Of a stretch of DNA of 64,000 nucleotides, positions 37,353 through 45,876 are shown one piece after another. The DNA comes from an uncultured Bacillales bacterium (GTDB lineage: Bacteria; Bacillota_I; Bacilli_A; RFN20; CAG-826). The first letter of the stretch is position 1, and each line of letters begins with the position of its first letter. Below the pieces are notes generated by a model, which had not been told where the DNA came from, did no database searches, and was given only the letters and a program-made list of their open reading frames with translations. Location: NCBI GenBank assembly GCA_902464635.1, contig CABQKC010000002.1, forward strand, positions 22,491 to 86,490, in the 5' to 3' direction. The position numbers were made by a program, and so were the translations under genes.

Positions 37353-38564
37353 ATGGATAATAAATACAAATTCGACAGAATATTCGTAATAGTCGCCGAT
37401 TCACTTGGGATAGGGGAAGAGCCTGATGCGGCTAAATTCGATGATGTCGGGTCAAATACATTTGCCCATGCAGCCGAATCTGTTAATGGCATTAAATGTC
37501 CTAATATGGAAGCGATGGGTCTAGGCGAACTAGATGACATCAAAGGTGTTAAAGTAGTTTCTAATCATCCAAATAGTTATAGCGCTAGACTTCGTGAGGC
37601 CAGTAATGGTAAAGATACGATGACTGGACACTGGGAAATGATGGGTATTCTTACTTTAAAACCTTTCAAGACCTTTACCGATACTGGTTTCCCAAAAGAA
37701 CTAATTGATGACTTAGAAGAAAAGACCGGTCGTAAGGTTATTGGCAATTATTCTTCTTCCGGAACCGAAATATTAAAGGTATTAGGAGAAGAACAAACTA
37801 GAAATGGTTCATTAATTGTCTATACTTCCGCCGACTCGGTATTACAAATTGCCGCGAATGAATCGGTAATTCCTGTACCTGAACTTTATAGATGCTGCGA
37901 AATTGCTAGAGAAATATGCATGAAGAGCGAATATTTAGTCGGAAGAGTCATTGCTAGGCCATTTGTTGGAACGAATAAAGACAATTTCAAGCGTGATGGT
38001 GCTTCTAGACATGACTATACAGTTTCTCCAACCGGAATTTCTGCCATGGATATATTAAAAGAAAATGGGCTTACCGTTTCTGCAATCGGAAAGATTAATG
38101 ATATCTTTAATGGTGCTGGCGTGACTAGAACAATACACACGGCCACTAACGAAGAAGGAATGGATGAAGCCATTCGCCAACTTAAAGAAGATGATTACAA
38201 GGGGCTTTGCTTTGTCAACTTAGTCGAATTCGATTCTGAATATGGACATAGAAGAAATGCCGTCGGATATGCTAGATGCATCGAAGCTTTTGATAAACGA
38301 GTAGGGGAATTCATCCCTAATATGAAGTCAACTGATTTACTTATCATTACAGCTGACCATGGCAACGATCCTACATTTAAAGGAACTGACCACACAAGAG
38401 AAAAAGTCCCATTCCTAGCCTATTCTCCTTGCTTTAAGGAAGGAAAATTCCTCGGGGAATATCCTAGCTTTGCCTGCATTGGGGCTTCTATATTAAAAAA
38501 CTTCCATCTAAATAAAAAAGAAGGAATGATAGGGGAAGAGATAAGCGAATTGCAAAAGGATTAA
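37353..38564 (+). CDS. deoB: phosphopentomutase
   Basis: VADSLGIGE, TGHWEMMG and ITADHGNDPT. Confidence 0.93.
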   Translation: MDNKYKFDRIFVIVADSLGIGEEPDAAKFDDVGSNTFAHAAESVNGIKCPNMEAMGLGELDDIKGVKVVSNHPNSYSARLREASNGKDTMTGHWEMMGILTLKPFKTFTDTGFPKELIDDLEEKTGRKVIGNYSSSGTEILKVLGEEQTRNGSLIVYTSADSVLQIAANESVIPVPELYRCCEIAREICMKSEYLVGRVIARPFVGTNKDNFKRDGASRHDYTVSPTGISAMDILKENGLTVSAIGKINDIFNGAGVTRTIHTATNEEGMDEAIRQLKEDDYKGLCFVNLVEFDSEYGHRRNAVGYARCIEAFDKRVGEFIPNMKSTDLLIITADHGNDPTFKGTDHTREKVPFLAYSPCFKEGKFLGEYPSFACIGASILKNFHLNKKEGMIGEEISELQKD

Positions 38565-38566
38565 AA

Positions 38567-39622
38567 ATGAAAAAAATAACATATTTATTGGCCTTAAGTG
38601 CCTTTACTCTTGTTTCTTGTGGCACGTCTAGCTCAGAAACAAGCTCAAATTCCCCATCTAGCGAAGATAGCTCTAAGCTAACTAGCGAAGTTATTGATAC
38701 TTCAGCATTGAATGTTCTTTCTCCAACCGGGATCCCTGCCTTGGCTTTCTATGATCAAGGTTCGAACAAGAACTTTGTAACTGCAGTAGCTTCGACTATA
38801 CCTCCAAATTTTGCTGTATCAGGTTCAAATAGTTATGATGTCATCGTATTTGATGGAATCGGCGGATTAAATAACATAACTGCTAACAAAAGGGATTATG
38901 CCCTGGCTAAATGGATTTCTGGAGGAACTTTCTACGTAGTTTCTACTAAACACGCCAAAGAAGAAGCCTTCAATAGCGAATCTACGATCAATGGATTTGT
39001 AAAAACTGGCATTGCTTCCTTATCTTTTATGAAACTAGCCAAAGATAACTGGAATTGGGGAGATTATTCTTCATCTAATAAGATTACTTTCTCTGATGCA
39101 GTAAGCGATGTTAAGAATAATTTGGTATCTAATCCAGATTCCTATGATTATTATATCGTTGCTGAGCCAGTTTTAACGGCTGCTAGAGGCGTTTTAAAGG
39201 CTAAGGGAGTAACTCTTAACGTCATCTATAATATCCAAGAGGAATGGGCTAAGTATTATGATAATGCCCTAGTTCCTGCAGCTGGATTATTTGTTAATAA
39301 GAATTCTTATCAAGAAAAGAAAGAAACTATCGATAAATTCCTTGATGAAGTAGATGAGAGAATTGCAAATGCCATCGATAATCCTCAAGTTGCCGTCGAT
39401 GCCTTAAATGCTTATGAAGCTATCGATACAACTAATGACAATGATTGCCAAACTAGATTCGGATTTACTCCAGCCTTGGTAGGAACATTACAAAAAGACG
39501 GGGCTAATAAATTCAATTTGGTTAAAAATAGCGCTGTAACATCTATTAAAGATGTAGCCAATTCATTTAGAAGCATCTTAGGACAACCTAATTTCCCAGA
39601 TACTTCATTCCTAATTAGGTAA
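38567..39622 (+). CDS. putative ABC transporter substrate-binding lipoprotein
   Basis: Lipobox TLVSCG plus a Ser-rich linker. Directly upstream of a permease gene. Substrate unknown. Confidence 0.55.
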   Translation: MKKITYLLALSAFTLVSCGTSSSETSSNSPSSEDSSKLTSEVIDTSALNVLSPTGIPALAFYDQGSNKNFVTAVASTIPPNFAVSGSNSYDVIVFDGIGGLNNITANKRDYALAKWISGGTFYVVSTKHAKEEAFNSESTINGFVKTGIASLSFMKLAKDNWNWGDYSSSNKITFSDAVSDVKNNLVSNPDSYDYYIVAEPVLTAARGVLKAKGVTLNVIYNIQEEWAKYYDNALVPAAGLFVNKNSYQEKKETIDKFLDEVDERIANAIDNPQVAVDALNAYEAIDTTNDNDCQTRFGFTPALVGTLQKDGANKFNLVKNSAVTSIKDVANSFRSILGQPNFPDTSFLIR

Positions 39623-39624
39623 TT

Positions 39625-40437
39625 ATGAAAGACAAAAGAACCCAAAAACTAGCCCTTTTATCGACTCTTTTAGGGTTCTTTTTCCTTATTGGGATACTTT
39701 ATTTGACCTCTTTTATCCTAAAATCGAATAAAAATGATGTTTTACCTTATCCTCATGAAATTTTAGCCCGTGTCATAGATCTTCTTTTTATTAAAGGTGC
39801 TAAAAATACTTGGATTGGCGTTGGTTATACCTTGTTAAGAATATTAATAGGATTTGGCGTTTCGTTTATCCTCGGGGCTTTGCTAGGCACTATTGGAAGT
39901 CTATTTAAACTATTCGGTAATTTTTTATCGATTTCAGTAGCCATTAAAAGAACGATTCCAACTGCGGCCGTAACAATTGTTTTACTAGGAATTTTCATGG
40001 GCCCTAAAACTAGAGATTATCTAGATTACATTCCGTGTATCTTGACATTCATCGTTGCCTTTCCTTTGATATATGAATCATTTAGAAATGGATTAGACAA
40101 CGAAGAAACCGATGTAATGGATGCATTAAGACTCGAGGCTAAAAGAACTAATCTAAGGGTCTTATTTCAAGTTAGATACCGTGATGCATTGCCTTTTATA
40201 TTATTAGGAATAACCCAAAGCCTTGGATTATCGTTTAAGGTATCTATTATGTCCGAAGTCTTAACTGCAAATTCGATATCAAAGCCTGGAATTGGTTCAT
40301 TGATCGTTTCAGAAAACCAATATGGAACTATTGAGAACGTAATTGCCTATGCAGTTATATCTTTGCTTCTTATGGCAGTTATCGATATTCCATTACTGAT
40401 AGTTAAGAAGAAAACAAACCAGAATAAATCGAAGTAG
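39625..40437 (+). CDS. ABC transporter permease (NitT/TauT-like, single MSD)
   Basis: Six TM segments. EAA-like loop MDALRLEAKRTNLRVLFQVRYRDALPFILLG. Confidence 0.7.
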   Translation: MKDKRTQKLALLSTLLGFFFLIGILYLTSFILKSNKNDVLPYPHEILARVIDLLFIKGAKNTWIGVGYTLLRILIGFGVSFILGALLGTIGSLFKLFGNFLSISVAIKRTIPTAAVTIVLLGIFMGPKTRDYLDYIPCILTFIVAFPLIYESFRNGLDNEETDVMDALRLEAKRTNLRVLFQVRYRDALPFILLGITQSLGLSFKVSIMSEVLTANSISKPGIGSLIVSENQYGTIENVIAYAVISLLLMAVIDIPLLIVKKKTNQNKSK

Positions 40438-40658
40438 TTCTAAATAAATAATATAGTAATTGAGATAATATTAATGCTAATTAAGTGTTCGTATTGACGA
40501 TTATCTCATTTTTATTTTATATGAGATAATTCGATATCTAATTAAATTCATTGATAACGACAAGCAATTGGTTTTCTTTGTAATTACCAAAGAATTCAGT
40601 TTAATATAATTAGATATGAACGGATAATATTCTAAAATCTCTCAAAGTAGATAATTAG

Positions 40659-40707
40659 TAGATATTTATTAGATTTAATTGATTAAAAATCCTTTAATAA
40701 ATATCTA
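40659..40707. repeat. perfect 13-bp inverted repeat in the terminus gap
   Basis: TAGATATTTATTA (40659-40671) and TAATAAATATCTA (40695-40707) are separated by 23 nt. Confidence 0.6.
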
Positions 40708-40764
40708 AATATTAATCTATGCTTTATTAAAAACATACGATTACAGGCTTTTTTTATTACTTCT

Positions 40765-40792
40765 ACTTAACATAATGGACATTATACGAAGT
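40765..40792 (-). other. dif: dif-like Xer recombination site (11-6-11)
   Basis: The - strand reads ACTTCGTATAA-TGTCCA-TTATGTTAAGT. The right arm matches the E. coli XerD arm TTATGTTAAAT at 10/11. I count 21/28 identity to both E. coli and B. subtilis dif (sequences from memory). Lies in a convergent gap where gene polarity flips. Confidence 0.7.
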
Positions 40793-40807
40793 TATTAGTA
40801 AATAATA

Positions 40808-40845
40808 AAAACCTCTTTTTAAAATTTCAAGAGGTTTCTTTTTAT
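40808..40845. terminator. bidirectional rho-independent terminator
   Basis: AAACCTCTT (40808-40816) pairs with AAGAGGTTT (40829-40837). It is flanked by A-rich sequence on the left and T-rich sequence on the right, about 60 nt downstream of rsfS. Confidence 0.6.
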
Positions 40846-40903
40846 AATTTTTGGTGTTTAATATAGTTATGAAGCAAAGCAATAAACTATCTTACAACCG
40901 CTG

Positions 40904-41242
40904 TTATTTACTAGACTTTTCATTGAGCCTATTAAGTAGATCTTCTAGTTTCAATTCTTTTCTATTGACATCTAAAAGTAAATGTACGATTACTTCCCCT
41001 GCTTCAACAATCATCCAGCCAGAGTCTGGCTGACCTTCTTTGACTCTAATATCGATATTATTCTTTTCAAACTCTTCTTCTAGTATTTCTGCCAAGGCGC
41101 CTAGAGCCCTAATATTAGAGCAAGTAGCCAAAACGATATAAGATGCAAAAGGATTATGATTCCTTACATCTATAGACTCAATTTCAGTAGCCTTGTGGTC
41201 ATCTAATGTCTTTAATGCGATTTCTAATTCTTTCATTTTCAT
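40904..41242 (-). CDS. rsfS: ribosome silencing factor RsfS (iojap)
   Basis: 112 aa. ALDDHKATEIESIDV...ASYIVLATCSNIRALGALAE...EGQPDSGWMIVEAGEVIVHLL. Confidence 0.9.
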   Translation of the reverse strand: MKMKELEIALKTLDDHKATEIESIDVRNHNPFASYIVLATCSNIRALGALAEILEEEFEKNNIDIRVKEGQPDSGWMIVEAGEVIVHLLLDVNRKELKLEDLLNRLNEKSSK

Positions 41243-42336
41243 TCTCCTAAATATTCTTTATAGCATTCTTTTGTCAATTTGTTATCGGTTTGATATCCTT
41301 TGCTTTCTAAATAGATCTTATTTTCCTTTAATACCTTAAGGAACCCTTTCTCATATGATTTCATGCATGCATCGATGAGTTTAGTTGAATCGTAGCCCCT
41401 AGAGGGTTCAATCTTATCAGAAGCGTAAATTATCTTATCGAAGCTATTCATGTCTTTCTTTCCAGTCGCATGGCATTTAATTGCCTCGATTATTTCTTCG
41501 TCCTGTATCATAAAATGTTCTTTGATTAAATATTCTGCGATGAATTGATGATAAGTCCATTCAGGATAATTAAGGTATTTCTTGTAATTCTTTTCCATTA
41601 TAAGTCTAGCCTGATTAATCGGTATATCCTTACCGATATCATGCAACAAACCAGCTATATAATATTTCTCATGATTCGGTAATTTATTTTTAAGGGCAAT
41701 CGAACAGGCTAGATTAGCCACGGAGATTGAATGAAGCAATCTATGTTCGGATTCCATTTCATCTAGTGTCTTAAAATAATATAATCGATGCCTTTCGATA
41801 TAATTCCTTACTGAATAAGGTATATCAAGGCTTTGAAGCGATTTAATCTTTGATGAAGATACTTCTCCAGATTCATCAAACGGTAATCTTCTCATATTAA
41901 ATCTAGACAATACATCATCATTAAATATGAATCCTGGGCGCGATACAAATATGATTTGGCACATGGACGCAATCTTGGATGCATCTTTCCATTTGTCGAA
42001 TCTATTTGCCTCATCGGCTCCGATTAATAGATATAGTTTCCTTTTTGGAAATTTAGATGCAAAATGAGTTACCGTGTCGATTGTATAATTGACCTCGGCT
42101 TCTGAATTCATTTCAAATAAAGAAATATCAAATGAGGGTGATCCATCGCTAGCTAAAGCTAATCGAAGCATGTTGAGCCTATCCTTGCTTGATGCACTTG
42201 GTGATTTCCATCTTGGGGATGGAGCCGGAATAAAAACAACATCAGAATTGAAATAAAGCGAGGCGGCACGTGCTATGCGTAAGTGACCATTATGTATCGG
42301 ATCGAATGATCCTCCGTATAGAATTAATGAATCCAT
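41239..42336 (-). CDS. nadD: nicotinate-nucleotide adenylyltransferase NadD fused to a YqeK-type HD phosphohydrolase
   Basis: N-terminal half has GGSFDPIHNGH (HxGH). C-terminal half has HSISVANLA...LLHDIGK (HD). Both lie in a single 365-aa ORF. Confidence 0.85.
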   Translation of the reverse strand: MDSLILYGGSFDPIHNGHLRIARAASLYFNSDVVFIPAPSPRWKSPSASSKDRLNMLRLALASDGSPSFDISLFEMNSEAEVNYTIDTVTHFASKFPKRKLYLLIGADEANRFDKWKDASKIASMCQIIFVSRPGFIFNDDVLSRFNMRRLPFDESGEVSSSKIKSLQSLDIPYSVRNYIERHRLYYFKTLDEMESEHRLLHSISVANLACSIALKNKLPNHEKYYIAGLLHDIGKDIPINQARLIMEKNYKKYLNYPEWTYHQFIAEYLIKEHFMIQDEEIIEAIKCHATGKKDMNSFDKIIYASDKIEPSRGYDSTKLIDACMKSYEKGFLKVLKENKIYLESKGYQTDNKLTKECYKEYLGE

Positions 42337-42338
42337 AT

Positions 42339-42629
42339 TTATTGAAGCGTAATACGTGGGTTCTTTTTGCTTTTCCTATAAATTAATATAACGCGACCAA
42401 TTAATTGGACGATTTCGCAATTAAGTTCTTTCGATAAAATATTACCGATTTCCTTTGTTTCAATTGAAGAGTTTTGAAGCAATCCAACCTTTATTAATTC
42501 ATGAGCTTCCAAGGCATCGTCTATTTGTTTTAAGAAGGCTCGGTCAACATCACCTTTGCCAAATAGATAACGATGATCGATTGAATTGCCTAATGCTTTT
42601 AATTGTTGCTTTTGTTTTCCTGTTAACAT
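42339..42629 (-). CDS. yhbY: RNA-binding protein YhbY/YqeI (CRM domain)
   Basis: LTGKQKQQLKALGNS...LFGKGDVD...HELIKV. 96 aa. Confidence 0.85.
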   Translation of the reverse strand: MLTGKQKQQLKALGNSIDHRYLFGKGDVDRAFLKQIDDALEAHELIKVGLLQNSSIETKEIGNILSKELNCEIVQLIGRVILIYRKSKKNPRITLQ

Positions 42630-42642
42630 AATTATCCCTTTC

Positions 42643-43161
42643 TTATTTAGATATTGGTTTCAATAAGCCTTTATTCTTTAGTTTCTTTCTAATTGGCTTA
42701 TCAAACATTCGATTGAATTTAGTCCATATCGGTTCTTTTTTATGAAGAGGCTCGGTCAATATTGATTTAATGCCAGCCTTATTCGCACAAAGTATATCAG
42801 TTATTAATTGATCACCTATGAAAATGCATTCATTTTTATTTATATTGGATTTTTTCAAGGCTTTTAGTAATCTGGATACGAAAGGTTTTCTTAAGGAATG
42901 GAAATAAGAAACTCCAAGAAGATTAGCAAAATGGGAAACTCTCTTTCCTTTGTTATTCGAACAAATAAGTAAAGAAATACCGATTTTGTCCAAATTAGAT
43001 TTGAATTCCTTGGCCTTTTCAGAAGGTTCTTTTTGGACATATGGAACAATCGTATTGTCCAAATCTATTAAGATAGTCTTCACGCCGAGTGAGACTAAAA
43101 CATCTAAATCAATTTCATAGATACTTTTAGAATAACCTGTCGGAATAAAGTTTTTATTCAT
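42643..43161 (-). CDS. yqeG: YqeG-family HAD phosphatase
   Basis: ILIDLDNTIVPY (DxDxT), SNN and GDQLITDI. Position matches the conserved yqeG-...-nadD-yqeK-rsfS operon. Confidence 0.8.
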   Translation of the reverse strand: MNKNFIPTGYSKSIYEIDLDVLVSLGVKTILIDLDNTIVPYVQKEPSEKAKEFKSNLDKIGISLLICSNNKGKRVSHFANLLGVSYFHSLRKPFVSRLLKALKKSNINKNECIFIGDQLITDILCANKAGIKSILTEPLHKKEPIWTKFNRMFDKPIRKKLKNKGLLKPISK

Positions 43162-43263
43162 AATTTTTTAATAGTTCGGACTTTTACCAATTTATTGAGA
43201 TTTCATCGAATGTTTTACTATACTTAATTAATACTATAAATCTACTAATTATCTACCTTTATA

Positions 43264-45876
43264 TTAGAAATCATTATCATCGAATATCGATATTTGTTCG
43301 AATTTTTCTTCGATGTCATCGTCACGTTTTATCTTTGGAGCAGTTTCTTCTTCGACTGGTTCGACAGTTTCGATAACTGGAGGTTCATAGGCTTTGGTAT
43401 CATTAGTAACAATATCCGATCCAAATAAAGATACATATTGTATTGTCTTATTGCCTGGAATCTTATTTTCTACCTTGGCTACTTTATCCATTGGGGTAAG
43501 GAAGAAATCTTCATACGTTATATCAAAATAGCTTCCATCATCAAGAGTAGTCTTAATCGTATACGGGGCAACTTTATCCCCTACCTTGTCGGCAAAGACT
43601 AGATTATGTGGTTCTTTCTTGAATGATTTGAATATGGTTGTAGCCTTTGAAAGCCTATTAGAGAGTTCAACATTTGAACTTGCTAATACTCTAGTGACAC
43701 CTAAATCAGTCAAAAGCATTACCTTGCCGTTTTCTTCTGGATCAAAAGGAATAAGTGCTACAACTGGCGAGGCTTTAAATGAAGCAGCTTTGATGCCACT
43801 AGAGCCATTGGAAGTTAAAGATATCTCGTTCTCGTTATAGAAAACACCTAATCCGGATTCGGAAAGTAACAATAAGTTGGAATTCCCGCTTGTAACGCAA
43901 ACTGAAGTAACTTCATCATCGCCTAATAATCTCATGCATCTAATGGGTTTAGACATCCTAGTAACAGGGAATAAAGACAATTTAGTACGCTTAATTTGCC
44001 CTTTTCTAGAAACTGTAGCGATATTTATGTCTTCCCTAAATTTCCTAACGGCAATGACTTTTACAATCCTATCATCAGGAGATAAGGAAACGGCATAATT
44101 AAGGTGAATACCTTCATCAAGCCATTTTGATATCTTTACCATGTGGATAGGAAGATAGATATAACATCCATTATTAGTAAATAAAAGCAAGTTGTCTGTA
44201 GTTAGGCAACAAGAGGCAAATACGAGGGTATCGCCACTTTTCATACCAGGATAAGCGCCATTATGCCCATTAGATCCTTTATAGGATGCCAAGGAGCATC
44301 TTTTGATGTAGCCATCTCTAGTAACAGTAACCATGACTTCTTCTTTGGCGATCAAGTCTTTGGCGTTTACTTGTCTTAAATCAGGATCTTCTTCTTCGAT
44401 TGAAGTCCTTCTTTCATCGCTATAAATTTTAGAAATACGCTTCAAATCAGTGCTTATGGCCTTGTCTAATTTATCTTGGTCAGATAAAAGTTCTTCATAA
44501 GAAGCGATATCAGCCTCTACTTTTACCTTTTCGTTCATCAAGACATCAATATCGGTATGGCTTAATTTATATAAAGGCATCATAACGATAGCTTCGCTTT
44601 GGTCTGGAAGGAACCCGAACTTGTTTTCCAAATTGATTTTGGAATCAGCCTTATCCTTACTAGCCCTAATGACAGCAATTACTTCATTTATAATCGAAGC
44701 AGCCTTGATTAATCCATTTATGATAGAGAGCCTGGCCTTGCATTTGTTTAGGTCAAACTTGGTCTTTCTAGTCCATATTTCCTTTTGGTGATCAATATAG
44801 GTATCGCAATAGGAAAGCAAATTCAAAGTCTGTGGACGACCATTAACAATGGCCATCATATTGGCACTATAAGATGAACGTAACTGCGTTTTTCCTAATA
44901 AATATGCCAAAATTGCTTCAGCCTTAAAGCCTTTTTTGATATCGATAGCGATTCTGAGTCCCTCTTTATCGGATTCGTCCCTGACTTCATCAATTCCATC
45001 TATGGCCTTATCATGCCTAATCTTATCAATGGAGAAAACAAGGTTCTTCTTAACAACTCCGTAAGGGATTTCGGTAACAATGATTTGGGTAGTCCCGTCT
45101 TTTTCTTCTTCTATAGAATATTTAGAGACTACATCAATCCTGCCTTTCCCAGTTAGATAGATATCCAATAGGCCTTGCGATTTATATATTGTTCCGCCGG
45201 TTGGGAAATCTGGTCCAGGGACAAATTTCATTAAAGTCTCAATTGGACAATTTGGATGAGCAAGTCTATAACAAACAGCATCAATAATCTCCCCAAGATT
45301 GTGTGGAGGGATTTCAGTCGCCATACCAACGGCAATGCCACTAGCGCCATTTACTAATAAGTTCGGAAAATGGGCTGGCAAGACTGTTGGCTCTAGCAGC
45401 GTATCGTCAAAATTAAGCATCATGTCGCAGGAATTCTTGTCTAAGTCTCTTATTAATTCCTGACTGACCGCTGATAATCTAGCTTCAGTATACCTATATG
45501 CAGCAGCTCCATCGCCATCCATGGAACCATTATTTCCCTGGAAGTCTATTAACGGGAGTCTAACTCTCCATGGTTGCGACATCCTGACAAGGGCATCATA
45601 AATAGAAAAGTCTCCATGAGGATGGAATTTACCCATGACTTCACCGACGATATGGGCACATTTCTTTGTAGGTTTGTCTATTGTATTGCCAGTATTGTAC
45701 ATAGCAAAAATGATGCGACGCTGAACTGGCTTTAAGCCATCTCTAGCATCAGGGATAGCTCTATCTTGGATTACATCTTTAGCATATATATCGAATCTTT
45801 CCCCCATGAGTTCATCCATGGCGGAAGCGATGATATTTTCCTCTATCGGGGCTATGACTTGTTTTTTCTTGCTCAT
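43264..45876 (-). CDS. parC: DNA topoisomerase IV subunit A
   Basis: [15 protein letters not shown] and catalytic [11 protein letters not shown]. No GyrA box. Gene order is plsY, parE, parC as in Bacillus and Streptococcus. Confidence 0.8.
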   Translation of the reverse strand: MSKKKQVIAPIEENIIASAMDELMGERFDIYAKDVIQDRAIPDARDGLKPVQRRIIFAMYNTGNTIDKPTKKCAHIVGEVMGKFHPHGDFSIYDALVRMSQPWRVRLPLIDFQGNNGSMDGDGAAAYRYTEARLSAVSQELIRDLDKNSCDMMLNFDDTLLEPTVLPAHFPNLLVNGASGIAVGMATEIPPHNLGEIIDAVCYRLAHPNCPIETLMKFVPGPDFPTGGTIYKSQGLLDIYLTGKGRIDVVSKYSIEEEKDGTTQIIVTEIPYGVVKKNLVFSIDKIRHDKAIDGIDEVRDESDKEGLRIAIDIKKGFKAEAILAYLLGKTQLRSSYSANMMAIVNGRPQTLNLLSYCDTYIDHQKEIWTRKTKFDLNKCKARLSIINGLIKAASIINEVIAVIRASKDKADSKINLENKFGFLPDQSEAIVMMPLYKLSHTDIDVLMNEKVKVEADIASYEELLSDQDKLDKAISTDLKRISKIYSDERRTSIEEEDPDLRQVNAKDLIAKEEVMVTVTRDGYIKRCSLASYKGSNGHNGAYPGMKSGDTLVFASCCLTTDNLLLFTNNGCYIYLPIHMVKISKWLDEGIHLNYAVSLSPDDRIVKVIAVRKFREDINIATVSRKGQIKRTKLSLFPVTRMSKPIRCMRLLGDDEVTSVCVTSGNSNLLLLSESGLGVFYNENEISLTSNGSSGIKAASFKASPVVALIPFDPEENGKVMLLTDLGVTRVLASSNVELSNRLSKATTIFKSFKKEPHNLVFADKVGDKVAPYTIKTTLDDGSYFDITYEDFFLTPMDKVAKVENKIPGNKTIQYVSLFGSDIVTNDTKAYEPPVIETVEPVEEETAPKIKRDDDIEEKFEQISIFDDNDF

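Noticed and set aside
40779-40795. A 17-nt exact match (ACATTATACGAAGTTAT) to the right end of the phage P1 loxP site, which could suggest an engineered or Cre-type site.
   Set aside because: The would-be left arm (TCTACTTAACATA) matches the loxP arm at only 7/13 positions, the spacer differs, and no Cre-like gene is present. The whole 28-mer fits the 11-6-11 dif architecture much better, including a near-perfect XerD arm. The resemblance reflects the shared tyrosine-recombinase site style.
40851-41033. 60-aa + strand ORF at the edge of the terminus gap.
   Set aside because: Most of it overlaps rsfS in antisense. It has no RBS.
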